DNA of 56,985 nt from Candidatus Buchananbacteria bacterium RIFCSPHIGHO2_02_FULL_39_17 (GTDB lineage: Bacteria; Patescibacteriota; Patescibacteriia; Buchananbacterales; UBA6539): assembly GCA_001817425.1 (NCBI GenBank), contig MHII01000006.1, positions 1 to 56,985 of the forward strand. The letters run 5' to 3'. Below the pieces are notes generated by a model. The model did no database searches, was not told where the DNA came from, and worked only from the letters and a program-made list of their open reading frames with translations. This document shows positions 21,933 through 31,388 of this stretch, in pieces (position 1 is the first letter of the stretch; each line of letters starts with the position of its first letter). The position numbers were made by a program, and so were the translations under genes.

Positions 21933-22937
21933 TTATTTTTTTAAAAATTTAACAACGGTTTTAATGGCCTGATTAGAACTTTCAATCCACTTTATTTCTG
22001 CTGCCAATTGATGCTGAAACCATGTCATTTGCCTTTTGGCAAAATGAAAAATTTCTTTTTTTAATTGTTCAACCATTGTTTGATAACGAATTTCACCTTT
22101 AAGATATTTAGCAACCCAGCGATATTCCAAGCCAAAATCATCCAATCGTTGCCAGCTTAAATCTTGCTTATGCCAACGTTTCACTTCATTAATTAACCCC
22201 TGTTTTAAGCGCTCTGCTAAACGCTTGGCAATTCTCTTTTTCAAAATCGGATATGGATAAGTTAAACCTAAAAGCAAAAAATTGTATGACGGTTTTTGTT
22301 TTTTTAATTGCGCTGATTTGGGCCGACCGGTCTGATAATAAATTTCTAGCGCCCGTTGGACCCGCCGCCGATTTTTTTTATCAATGACTTGATAAGTTTT
22401 AAGGTCAATTTGCTTCAATTGTGCCAATAATTTTCCTAAAGTCAACTGATTAAGCCTGATTCTTAAATTTTGATTTTTGATTTTTGATTTTTGATTTTTT
22501 TCCGCCTCCGGCGGAAAATTGTATCCTTCAATTAAGGCGGAGATATATAATCCCGTGCCGCCGCAGACAATCGGTAATTTTTTTCTTTTTAAAATCTCTT
22601 CAATTTTTTGATAAGCCAATTTCTGCCACTTGGCCACGGTAAACTGCCTTTTCGGCGAAACAATATCAATCAAATGGTAAGGAATCTGAACCATTTTGGG
22701 ATTTGGGTATTGAAATTTGTAATTTATTTGAGATTTGAGATTTGAGATTTGAGATTTGACGACGTAGTCGTCCAAGTCTTTCCCCGTTCCAATATCCATC
22801 CCTTTGTAGACTTGCCGTGAATCAGCCGAAATAATTTCACCATTGAATTTCCTGGCTAATCTAACCGCCAGTTTGGTTTTGCCCGACGCCGTAGGGCCCA
22901 AAACCACAATTATTTTTGGATTTATTTCTTTAACCAT
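21933..22937 (-). CDS. miaA: tRNA dimethylallyltransferase
   Basis: GPTASGKT, SADSRQVYKGMDIGTGK, GGTGLY, FAKRQMTWF. Start placed at MVKEINPK because the upstream extension is a palindromic repeat. Confidence 0.95.
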   Translation of the reverse strand: MVKEINPKIIVVLGPTASGKTKLAVRLARKFNGEIISADSRQVYKGMDIGTGKDLDDYVVKSQISNLKSQINYKFQYPNPKMVQIPYHLIDIVSPKRQFTVAKWQKLAYQKIEEILKRKKLPIVCGGTGLYISALIEGYNFPPEAEKNQKSKIKNQNLRIRLNQLTLGKLLAQLKQIDLKTYQVIDKKNRRRVQRALEIYYQTGRPKSAQLKKQKPSYNFLLLGLTYPYPILKKRIAKRLAERLKQGLINEVKRWHKQDLSWQRLDDFGLEYRWVAKYLKGEIRYQTMVEQLKKEIFHFAKRQMTWFQHQLAAEIKWIESSNQAIKTVVKFLKK

Positions 22938-23143
22938 ACCAACCAATTTTAATTTATTTTTATTAAATCCCGCACCTTTTTCCAAGGGATTAAACCTCAA
23001 AGAAAGTCTGTTTGTCTTCGTTCGCCTAAGATAAGCGAGGATATTCGGAAAAGGTGCGGGATAAATCAACCCAGCCCTTCGCGAAGGGCTGGGTTAAAAG
23101 ACGGGTCTAAAGGTCCCGATCTAAATTCAAAATTGACTAAATT

Positions 23144-24124
23144 TTAATTATCATTTGACTCATTGTCATCATTTTTTCCTGAATTATCATCACTGCTGCC
23201 GCGCCGCCCTTCTTTTTCCTCTCGCCGTTCCTCCATCCGCTCCTTGGCTCGCCTCATGATCACAGGCAGACTCGGCAAAGAATTTGGCACTTGACTACGA
23301 GTACGCTCTAAAATCTGCTGGGTAGTGGTTGCATCATCTAAGTTTTCCAAATAATCTTGAACTCTTTCCACTCTCTCCTCAAAAGTCATTTCCCGAAACT
23401 CTTCGCCTAAGCGCTTCAAAGTATTGGATTGGGCGCGGATAATCGCCTCTCCGGCTTGTTCAGAAACTTTATCTTTTAAACGCTCCAGAACTTGAAGATT
23501 GTAAAGATTCTTTTCCGTTGACGTCGCCGTATTCTCTAAGGCATTTTTAATTCTGGTTTCAATTTTTTCTAAGTCATTGTCTTCTAAAATTTCACCCCAA
23601 CGTTGAAGCATCCGTTCCCGCATCGCTTCCATTTTTTCAGCGTTTAATTTTTCTTCCAGGCGCTGCAAAATCCGCTGACGGATAAATTCCTGTTTGGTAA
23701 ATTGATTAACTAATCGCTCTACTCTTTCTTGAGTTTTATCTTGGACTTTGGCCAAATGTTCTTTTAATTTATTAATTTCTTTTTCATATTTGGCTAAAAT
23801 CCGATCCAGATGTTCTGGCGTAATCGTCCCTTCATCAGCAAGTTCTTGCAGCTCAGCCAGTCTTTCATTGGCGGTTTGTAAACGCATCTCGGCTTTTTTG
23901 ATTGGATCAAAGGTTGCCCACTGCCGAACACTGCGCCACAAACTTTTTGCCCAGTACCACGGGCTGTTGGGTAAAACTTTTGGTTCGCCAATATCTAAAT
24001 CATCATCAACTGGCGGGGTGGAAGTCGCGGTGGTGGTCGCCGTAGTGCTGTTTATATCTTGCGCCAAAATCGGCAAAGGCAGAATTAAACTTAAAATGAC
24101 AAAGGTAAAAAATAATTTTTTCAT
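23144..24124 (-). CDS. secreted coiled-coil protein, DUF5667-like
   Basis: Signal peptide; VLPNSPWYWAKSLWRSVR...KKAEMRL..ANERLAEL. Confidence 0.75.
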   Translation of the reverse strand: MKKLFFTFVILSLILPLPILAQDINSTTATTTATSTPPVDDDLDIGEPKVLPNSPWYWAKSLWRSVRQWATFDPIKKAEMRLQTANERLAELQELADEGTITPEHLDRILAKYEKEINKLKEHLAKVQDKTQERVERLVNQFTKQEFIRQRILQRLEEKLNAEKMEAMRERMLQRWGEILEDNDLEKIETRIKNALENTATSTEKNLYNLQVLERLKDKVSEQAGEAIIRAQSNTLKRLGEEFREMTFEERVERVQDYLENLDDATTTQQILERTRSQVPNSLPSLPVIMRRAKERMEERREEKEGRRGSSDDNSGKNDDNESNDN

Positions 24125-24358
24125 AATTTTTGTTATGATTTATTTTATTGCTAATTTATTTATATTTTTATTTGACTCGACCTTAGTCAAATCTTTACTC
24201 ACATTATACTATTTATACACTTATTTGGGAAAATTGACAAAAATTTAACTTTATGCTATGCTAACATGTCTGTAAATTACGAACATTTGCTCTTCAAAAG
24301 CCAAGCTATTATGGCTTGGTAAAACATGGGGAAACAAAAAGAACGGAAGGAAAAGGTA

Positions 24359-25192
24359 ATGAAAACGCAACGTTTAATAGCGGTGGTGGCAGTAATGATG
24401 TTGGCTTTGGTCGGATGTCCCGAAGCGCCCATCGTTCCGGGCAACGGCGACGGCAACGATCAAGTCTTGACCGGCAGTTTGCTGGTCAAGGGAGATTTGT
24501 ACGGCCGCGACGGAAGCAAGGTGTTATCCCAAGATGACATGATTCAAATCGGAGAAGCCTTTATTGAGAAGGCTACTAGTATTGAGATTTATCTCAATGA
24601 TCCCAAAGACTACTCCAACTATCGCCGGTTTTCCATCCCAGTGGTGGACGGCCGATTTGAAGGCACCTGCAATGGTATTGTCCCGGGTACCTATGATGTC
24701 CGGGTCAGCGTCGTTGACAAAAATTACTATATCCTGTTTACCACATACGAAAGCAATACCGTCGTAATTGAAGCGGGAGAAACCAGTAGTCTCTTGTTAC
24801 AACTGGAATTTCTCTCGAGATACACGTTTAGGGTTATGATGAATGGCCTGCCCGGCAGTTACGACAAGGATGGCAACGCCATGATCCTTAATCAAAATGG
24901 CAATCACCATTACGCTTGGTGGTGGCGTGACAGTATTGAAGAACCGTTAGTCTTCAATTGCTCTCTGCCGTTGGACTTTGAAGGCGGCGCGCTTCAAGTG
25001 TTAGACCAAAACGGCGATGAGCAATGGGCCGACTTGCCACTCGTCCCCATCGACTTGGACTGGGAAACTTATAACTTCGGCGACGTGTTGGTCTTTGACT
25101 ATGTGCCGCCGACGTGGTTGGGTGGGCTAGACATTGACATCGTGTTCCCTTGGGAAGGCCCGAATCCGCCGATCCCCGTGCCCATCCCATAG
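24359..25192 (+). CDS. putative lipoprotein with acidic beta-rich domains
   Basis: MKTQRLIAVVAVMMLALVG-C lipobox; GC-richer than flanks; own promoter (TTGACA at 24234) and terminator (about 25233-25273). Confidence 0.7.
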   Translation: MKTQRLIAVVAVMMLALVGCPEAPIVPGNGDGNDQVLTGSLLVKGDLYGRDGSKVLSQDDMIQIGEAFIEKATSIEIYLNDPKDYSNYRRFSIPVVDGRFEGTCNGIVPGTYDVRVSVVDKNYYILFTTYESNTVVIEAGETSSLLLQLEFLSRYTFRVMMNGLPGSYDKDGNAMILNQNGNHHYAWWWRDSIEEPLVFNCSLPLDFEGGALQVLDQNGDEQWADLPLVPIDLDWETYNFGDVLVFDYVPPTWLGGLDIDIVFPWEGPNPPIPVPIP

Positions 25193-25368
25193 TCATATCC
25201 GCTGATAAGCGGCATTGACTTGAAAGTATTGACCCCGCCTCTGGCGCTTGCGCTCGAGACGGGGTTTCTTTTTAAAATATAATGCCAATAATGCGAATTT
25301 GTACGAATGATACTAATATTCGTATATTCGTAGCATTCGCATATCATTCGTAGATTGGCATTATATTA

Positions 25369-27129
25369 TTATTTCTTCTCCTTAATCTCTTTAGCCACTT
25401 GTTCAATAAATTTTTTCCGATTGACTGTTGCCACTTCTTTTTGCCCGCGGATGCGAACATTTAAATTTTTGCTCTTGGCTTCTTTTTCGCCAATCACTAA
25501 CATATAAGGCACTTTTTGCTTTTCCCCTTTTCTGATTTTATAACCAACGGTTTCATTCAAATCATCAAGCCAAACGCGAATACCAGAATTTTCCAATTCG
25601 CTAGTTAATTCGGCCGCCGCTTGGAAAAAATCTTTACTCACCGGAATAATTTGAACTTGCACCGGCGCCAGCCAAAGCGGAAACGCGCCTGCGTAATTTT
25701 CAATTAAAATGCTTAAAAACCGCTCAAATGAACCGGCCACGGCCTGATGAATCATTACTGGTTGGACGCGCTCGCCTTTTTCATCAATGTATTCAAGTTG
25801 AAAACGGTTAGGCATGTTAAAATCAAGCTGAATCGTGGCTAATTGCCATTTGCGACCAATCGAGTCTTTGGCTTCAAAATCAATTTTGGGCCCGTAAAAA
25901 GCGGCCTCGCCTTCAATCTCCTCAAAATGTTTGACTCGTTTTTTCAAAATCCGGCGCAGTTGATCTTCGGCTTTTGCCCACACTCTCCGCTCGCCAATAT
26001 ACTTGTCCGGATTTTTTGGATCGCTTAAAGACAGGCGCGGGATTAATTCCATTTTAAAAGTCCGATAAAATTCCGCAATAATATCGTAAATTAAGTTGAC
26101 CTCTTGCTCAATTTGGTCATAGCGGCAAAAACAATGAGCATCGTCAATGGTAATTGAACGCACCCGCGACAAGCCATGAAGCTGTCCGGCTTTTTCATCG
26201 CGATACATTGCCGTCACTTCAAAATAACGAATCGGCAATTCGCGATAACTGCGCTGGCGGCTGGCGTAAATTTGAGTATGATGCGGACAATTCATCGGTT
26301 TTAAAACAAAAATTTCTTCGCCCTTGCTGGCAACGTGAAAAATATCATCGCCGAATTTATCCCAATGACCGGAAACTTGATAAAGCTCTTTTTTCGCCAA
26401 ATGCGGAATCCAAACTTTTTGGTAACCGCGCGGAATCTGAAGCTCGGTTAGATAATTTTCAATTTCATTTCTGATGATGGTGCCGCGCGGGGTAAACATC
26501 GGCAATCCACCGCCGACTAAATCCGAAAAGGTAAATAAATCCAATTCTTGACCGAGTTTGCGGTGATCTCGTTCTTCGGCTTGCTTTAATTGCTCCAAAT
26601 AATCATTCAGTTCTTTTTCTGAAGTAAAGGCCGTGCCGTAAATTCGCTGCAGCATTTTATTTTTTTCATCGCCGCGCCAATAAGCCCCGGCGATTTTCAA
26701 AAGCTTAATCGCGCCGATTTCTTTGGTTAAATTTATATGGCCGCCGGCGCACAAATCAATAAATTTTTCTTTGCCCGAGTGGTCAATCATTTTGTTAAGG
26801 CCGACTTTTTTCTCACCCTGTTTTTTAAATTCCATCGCTAATTCCACTTTATACGGCTGTTTTTTAGTTTTAAAAAATTTAATCGCTTCCTCCGCCGTCA
26901 TTTCCGATTGCTCCATTTTCTGATTTTGCTTGATAATTTCCCGCATTTTTTTCTCCAGCCAGTCTAAATCAGCTTCCGTAAAAGTCTTACCGCCTAAATC
27001 AAAATCATAATAAAACCCCGTGTCAATCGCCGGGCCAATGGCGAGCTTAGCTTGGGGATAGCGCTCCAAAACCGCTTGGGCTAAAACATGGCTGGCGGAG
27101 TGGCGGATTGATTCTAAATTTTTTGACAT
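25369..27129 (-). CDS. thrS: threonyl-tRNA synthetase
   Basis: RHSASHVLA, GAYWRGD, RDHRKLG, KPMNCPHH, AAFYGPKID. Confidence 0.98.
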   Translation of the reverse strand: MSKNLESIRHSASHVLAQAVLERYPQAKLAIGPAIDTGFYYDFDLGGKTFTEADLDWLEKKMREIIKQNQKMEQSEMTAEEAIKFFKTKKQPYKVELAMEFKKQGEKKVGLNKMIDHSGKEKFIDLCAGGHINLTKEIGAIKLLKIAGAYWRGDEKNKMLQRIYGTAFTSEKELNDYLEQLKQAEERDHRKLGQELDLFTFSDLVGGGLPMFTPRGTIIRNEIENYLTELQIPRGYQKVWIPHLAKKELYQVSGHWDKFGDDIFHVASKGEEIFVLKPMNCPHHTQIYASRQRSYRELPIRYFEVTAMYRDEKAGQLHGLSRVRSITIDDAHCFCRYDQIEQEVNLIYDIIAEFYRTFKMELIPRLSLSDPKNPDKYIGERRVWAKAEDQLRRILKKRVKHFEEIEGEAAFYGPKIDFEAKDSIGRKWQLATIQLDFNMPNRFQLEYIDEKGERVQPVMIHQAVAGSFERFLSILIENYAGAFPLWLAPVQVQIIPVSKDFFQAAAELTSELENSGIRVWLDDLNETVGYKIRKGEKQKVPYMLVIGEKEAKSKNLNVRIRGQKEVATVNRKKFIEQVAKEIKEKK

Positions 27130-27202
27130 AAAATTAAACATTAAAAATAAAAAATTAAAAACACAAATTAAATCTAAAATGTTTCATTTTTGATTTGTAT
27201 AT

Positions 27203-27769
27203 TTATTTTTTAATCTTTAATTTTTTATTTTCTAAAATATCTGACTTTAATATTCCCATCATCACTTCATCATGCCACGCGCCGTCGCGAAAAGTGTGGT
27301 CGCGCTGCCGGCCTTCTAATTTAAAACCGATTTTTTTGTATGATTTCTGGCCGCGGATATTATAAGCAATAAAACGGAGATAGATCCGGTGCAGTTTTAA
27401 TTTTTTAAAACCATAATCAATTATTAATTTTCCCGCTTCCGTGCCATAACCTTGACCCCAATAGCGCTGGTCACCAATAAAAATACCATATTCCGCCCGC
27501 CGATGATATCGGTCAATTTTATTTAAGCCAATAGAACCAATTAGTTTGCCTTCGGTGGTGGTAATCGCTAAACGCAAATTATTTTTGTCGCGCCGGGCTT
27601 CCTTAATCCATTCAATTTCTTCTTTTAAAGCCGGCGGCGGCAGTTCGTAAATCGCCAAAAATTTGGTCACTTCCCGATCTTTTAACCAGCGGCAAAACCA
27701 CGGCGCGTCTTTCAAAGATAATGGACGCAGGACCACTGATCTTCCTTTAATAATTACTTTCTTTAACAT
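27203..27769 (-). CDS. GNAT family (RimJ/RimL-like) acetyltransferase
   Basis: VVLRPL, YWGQGYGTEA, NIRGQKSYKKIGFKLEG. Confidence 0.9.
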   Translation of the reverse strand: MLKKVIIKGRSVVLRPLSLKDAPWFCRWLKDREVTKFLAIYELPPPALKEEIEWIKEARRDKNNLRLAITTTEGKLIGSIGLNKIDRYHRRAEYGIFIGDQRYWGQGYGTEAGKLIIDYGFKKLKLHRIYLRFIAYNIRGQKSYKKIGFKLEGRQRDHTFRDGAWHDEVMMGILKSDILENKKLKIKK

Positions 27770-27859
27770 ATCTGAATAGCAAGATAAGTTATCAGCAAGA
27801 TAAGCAAGATAAGAAAAACGACTTATCTTGCTGATAACTTATCTTGCTTATCTTGCTTA

Positions 27860-28060
27860 AAAAAAATCCAACCAGAAAAATTTTTCTGCCTGGGCCCCGG
27901 CCTGAATTATTTCAGGTGTCATCCTGAACTTGTTTCAGGATCTCGAGGAGGTTCCACCCTGCGAAAATACTCAATTTATTAAATTTGCCTAAGGTTTAGT
28001 CCCGGACAATGGGAGGTTTTTCGCCGCGGAGCTGGTAACTCCGCCAATCACCTTTAGGTG
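27860..28060 (-). promoter_or_regulatory. T-box-like structured leader of the GNAT-thrS unit
   Basis: Consensus promoter TTGACA-N17-TATAAT (28094-28066), GGGTGGAACC at 27959-27950, then a hairpin and U-tract. Thr codon ACC lies in a hairpin loop (28044-28026) and in GAAAAACC. Confidence 0.5.
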
Positions 28061-28138
28061 ATTTTATTATAAAACCAATCTGAACTGCTGTCAATAAATT
28101 TAATACTTAACTAGGAAACCTCCTTTAAATAAAAAAAG

Positions 28139-28269
28139 TGTCATTGCGAGTCCCGACGTCAAGTCGGGACGAGGCAATCCATATTTAAGGATTGCAGAGC
28201 CTATCTCGAGCCCTTCAATTTCATTCAGGCTAAACTCCAGCGAGAGATCTCCTCCTCCTCGCAATGACA
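28139..28269. repeat. REP-like palindromic element
   Basis: TGTCATTGCGAG ... CTCGCAATGACA ends with internal hairpins. Confidence 0.75.
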
Positions 28270-28411
28270 AAATAGCAATTATTTGTTATTATTTAATTAA
28301 TAAAAAGTCAACAAGTTCGTATAAAACTAGTTGTATGTCATTTTGTTTTTTACAATCGCTATAAAAAAAGATAGATGGAACTTCATCTATCATATGGGTA
28401 AAGAATAATGG

Positions 28412-28567
28412 TCAATCCACAAGTGTGACGACTGACCAACTAGCCCCGCATTTACCACACCAGAATGGCGTTTTTGTCCGACGATTGCATTCTGGGCATT
28501 TGTAAGCTTCAGGTGGTAAATACAGGTCACCTTTATTCATCTTAGCTTTAGTTTTACATGCTGGCAT
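28412..28567 (-). CDS. 51-aa zinc-ribbon protein (cassette A)
   Basis: MPACKTK...CPEC...CGKC...; GGAGGG RBS, TTGACA at 28626-28621, terminator at 28370-28391. Confidence 0.65.
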   Translation of the reverse strand: MPACKTKAKMNKGDLYLPPEAYKCPECNRRTKTPFWCGKCGASWSVVTLVD

Positions 28568-28644
28568 AGCCTATACCCTCCATAAAGAACCATTTATATT
28601 ATTAAATAACTATTCTTGTTTGTCAAACAAAAAAACAAAACGAC

Positions 28645-28798
28645 ATATAACACGGTTTATGTGATTCCCCTCTCGACTCGTCGCTATGCTCCTCACTCGA
28701 GGTTCACCCAAATTTTGATATTATTTCTGTGATTTACTCCGCAATATTATATCACAGAAATAATTATCAAAACTTCATATAAACTGGTAACGTTAGGT
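28645..28798 (+). repeat. attC-like site A
   Basis: ATATAAC-ACGGTTTATGTGA ... TCATATAAACTGGTAAC-GTTAGGT, with two internal hairpin arms. Confidence 0.7.
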
Positions 28799-28833
28799 GA
28801 TATAAATTTTTATTTATTACTAATAATAAATGT

Positions 28834-28992
28834 ATGGGTTTAATGGAACCAGCAATAAAGAGCAAAGAAGCTCTTGAAGCCATAGCTAGTGTCGCATCTA
28901 AGCCGTGGTATAAAAGAGTTGATTCTTGGCTTGTTATTGTCAATATTGTTGCATTGATAGTTAATATAACTATCATGTTAAAGCAACAATAA
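28834..28992 (+). CDS. 52-aa tail-anchored membrane peptide (cassette B)
   Basis: MGLMEPAIKSKEALEAIASVASKPWYKRVDSWLVIVNIVALIVNITIMLKQQ fills the cassette. Confidence 0.55.
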   Translation: MGLMEPAIKSKEALEAIASVASKPWYKRVDSWLVIVNIVALIVNITIMLKQQ

Positions 28993-29003
28993 AAATTTAC
29001 ACC

Positions 29004-29488
29004 ACCTAACACCTGCTATACGGTTCGCTCCGGTAAATAAAATTAACATAAATATGACTTACTATATACTAACAATTATATTTTTACTTTTTCTAGGAGC
29101 TACAGCATCCGCTACGTTTGCGGAAAAAAGTCCAAGATCAGATCGACCAAGAATTTATTGGAATGAATCATTCTTAAAACTCATTGGTCTATTTTTATGG
29201 CCAACATTATTGCTTGGAATTATTATTCTATCCATGAATTGGAAATTATCTTTATTAATAATTATTCTTGCACTATTTCTACAAAAAATGATTTTAGTGC
29301 CAATATCTGAAAAAATAATTATTTCACCACTACACCTTCTGTTAAACAAGAAAAAGTAAAAATATAATAATTAGGTACGAATTTTATTTACCTCGCTCAC
29401 CCAAATTTCGTTTTCACTTAGGCGGTTGCCTCCGGCAAATTATACCGCCACATTCAAACGAAACTTCGGCTAGCCCGTTCCGTTATAC
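29004..29488 (+). repeat. attC-like site B, interrupted by a gene
   Basis: Left half ACCTAAC-ACCTGCTATACGGTTCGCTCCGG; right half CCTCGCTCACCCAAAT...CGGCTAGCCCGTTCC-GTTATAC. Confidence 0.55.
29054..29359 (+). CDS. 101-aa membrane protein
   Basis: Three hydrophobic segments; very AT-rich. Confidence 0.7.
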   Translation: MTYYILTIIFLLFLGATASATFAEKSPRSDRPRIYWNESFLKLIGLFLWPTLLLGIIILSMNWKLSLLIIILALFLQKMILVPISEKIIISPLHLLLNKKK

Positions 29489-29516
29489 GAAATTTTTGTA
29501 AAAATCCTTTAATATT

Positions 29517-30161
29517 ATGTTTTCAGAAAAAAAATTTTCTCTCGCTAACGAGGGTGAACCAAAAATAATTATCAAGCGTTCTACGGATGCCCCACCAGAT
29601 GTCAAACAAAACCCTTTTTACGATTCCGAATTTTGGGGGCGCGCTAATTCCCCAGATGATATCTACTTACCAGATTCTGATGAGGCGATATCTTTTGCGA
29701 TGGCGGCGCATGAGATCGGCCATCTAGTTAAAGCGGGTGAGAGAAATGACGCTCGTTTGGATAATTTTGAGGCTACCCGCGCCGAAGAACAACGTGCTTG
29801 GGATAAAGGCTGGGAATATTTGCAAGAATTTGTAGACGAGTATTATGCGGATAAACCAGAATGCGCCCCCAAAATTCGCCAAGCTTTTGAGCGTATAAAA
29901 ACCTTGCTTTTGCAAGCGACCGATTTAAGTAAAGGTATGTATCTTGAAAATGGTGCGCTTGATAATTTAGCTCCAGATGAAATTCAACGTATATTGGTAG
30001 AAAAACGAGAAAAATTTTTTTCTGAAAAAGGCGAACTCTTTAAAAATATTTTCGACGAAATGAAAAAAGAGAAAATTGGAATTAAGCCTGACTGGGACAA
30101 ATTCACCGCTATTGTTACTAAGGCCGTCGAAAATATTTTAAAAGACAACGATAAGGAGTAG
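29517..30161 (+). CDS. putative zincin-type metallopeptidase (cassette C)
   Basis: AAHEIGH (HExxH) followed by EEQRAW. Confidence 0.7.
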   Translation: MFSEKKFSLANEGEPKIIIKRSTDAPPDVKQNPFYDSEFWGRANSPDDIYLPDSDEAISFAMAAHEIGHLVKAGERNDARLDNFEATRAEEQRAWDKGWEYLQEFVDEYYADKPECAPKIRQAFERIKTLLLQATDLSKGMYLENGALDNLAPDEIQRILVEKREKFFSEKGELFKNIFDEMKKEKIGIKPDWDKFTAIVTKAVENILKDNDKE

Positions 30162-30179
30162 AATTTTTACAAAAACATC

Positions 30180-30304
30180 GTATAACACCGAATATACGGC
30201 TACGATAAAATTCCTTTTTACATTAATGAATTGATTTTTATCTCCGCCAAAATTTTTCTCCGCCTTTGGCTCCGAAAAACTTCGTATATTCGGATACGTT
30301 GTAT
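30180..30304 (+). repeat. attC-like site C
   Basis: GTATAAC-A-CCGAATATACG ... CGTATATTCGG-ATAC-GTTGTAT, with a perfect 11-bp inner IR. Confidence 0.7.
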
Positions 30305-30367
30305 GATATGTAACTTGTTGTTTAAGAAAGAAGACCCAGCATGAACTGAGTCTGTATGCAAGGTGTA

Positions 30368-30655
30368 TTAGTCAGCGAGACCAGCGGCGGCAATGAATTC
30401 CCGCAGTTCCCTTCTTTGCCCTTCTGGTCGGGCTAGGAATTTGGCGCGCTTTGGCAGAGTAAATAGGACACTACCATCCTGTTTAAGTTCTGCCTGCAGC
30501 GACCAGTGATCCTCGTCGGTAAGATCGTGAGTCGCTGATATTTCACCATCTGGTTTAACGGAAACATGGAAATTCGTAAACCATCTTTTCCGGTGCCTGA
30601 ACTCAAGTTCAAGCTTAAGGCCCATTCCTTCCAGTACCTCGACTTTTAGAAACAT
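30368..30655 (-). CDS. hypothetical protein (cassette D)
   Basis: GAGGAGGTGA RBS before MFLKVEV; promoter TTGACA-N17-TAAAGT (30780-30752); hairpin and U-tract at about 30325-30353. Confidence 0.7.
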   Translation of the reverse strand: MFLKVEVLEGMGLKLELEFRHRKRWFTNFHVSVKPDGEISATHDLTDEDHWSLQAELKQDGSVLFTLPKRAKFLARPEGQRRELREFIAAAGLAD

Positions 30656-30807
30656 TGGATTCACCTCCTCCTCAAAGAACATTGACGATCTAGTCGTCTG
30701 GCAATGAGGCTAGGCCTCAGTTATTTCTTATTTGCCACTAGATCACAGATTACTTTATCATTATTAACAGTAGATGTCAAATCAAATCTAACAACAAGTT
30801 ACACATC

Positions 30808-30977
30808 ATACAACACGTTTTATGTGGTTCCCCTCTCGACTCGGCCGCTTTGGATAAACTCTGAGGCCTCGCTCGAGGTTCACCCAAATCGCTTGTCGTC
30901 TTAGGTGGTAGCGCCCACAGGCGCAATTATACCACCACGACGACTGCGCGACTTCATATAAACTGATAACGTTGTGT
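30808..30977 (+). repeat. attC-like site D
   Basis: ATACAAC-ACGTTTTATGTGG ... TTCATATAAACTGATAAC-GTTGTGT; shares CCCCTCTCGACTCG and CTCGAGGTTCACCCAAAT with site A. Confidence 0.7.
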
Positions 30978-31105
30978 GCCATTTTATTCAAAATATTTTA
31001 AATTTTATGATTAGAGCCCTTTTGAAATTTTTCTGAAATAAAAACCCCGCATCAGATGTTCCGAAGAACTCTCCGATACAGGGCGTTTGTACATGGCAGT
31101 GCGAC

Positions 31106-31243
31106 CTATGAGAGCCATACTAACAGCGCGGCAAGGCCGACGATGACGAAGTTTATGCCAATTCCAATTGCCCAGTCTTTCCATGAGTGAAACGGCCACA
31201 TATCATCTTGCCGAGGAAACGCTTTGACTGACAGAAAGAACAT
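31106..31243 (-). CDS. 45-aa single-TM peptide (cassette E)
   Basis: MFFLSVKAFPRQDDMWPFHSWKDWAIGIGINFVIVGLAALLVWLS; AGGAGA RBS. Confidence 0.55.
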   Translation of the reverse strand: MFFLSVKAFPRQDDMWPFHSWKDWAIGIGINFVIVGLAALLVWLS

Positions 31244-31388
31244 ATTGTTCTCCTTTCCGATTATTAACTTTCACTATAAGTTACATCTCCTAATTTAGTA
31301 AGATAGCATGTTCTAACTAAAAAATCAAACCCATAGCAAAAAAATTTCAAAAGGGCTCTAATAATAAGGTATTTTTTAATAAAACATC

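Noticed and set aside
22938..23069. N-terminal extension of miaA in the ORF track
   Set aside because: It is read through a palindromic repeat (ATCCCGCACCTTTT...AAAAGGTGCGGGAT).
28767..29012. Minus-strand 81-aa ORF, and similarly 30704-30904, 30806-30991 and 31011-31199
   Set aside because: They cross attC-like sites or lack an RBS; better-fitting ORFs lie within cassette bounds.
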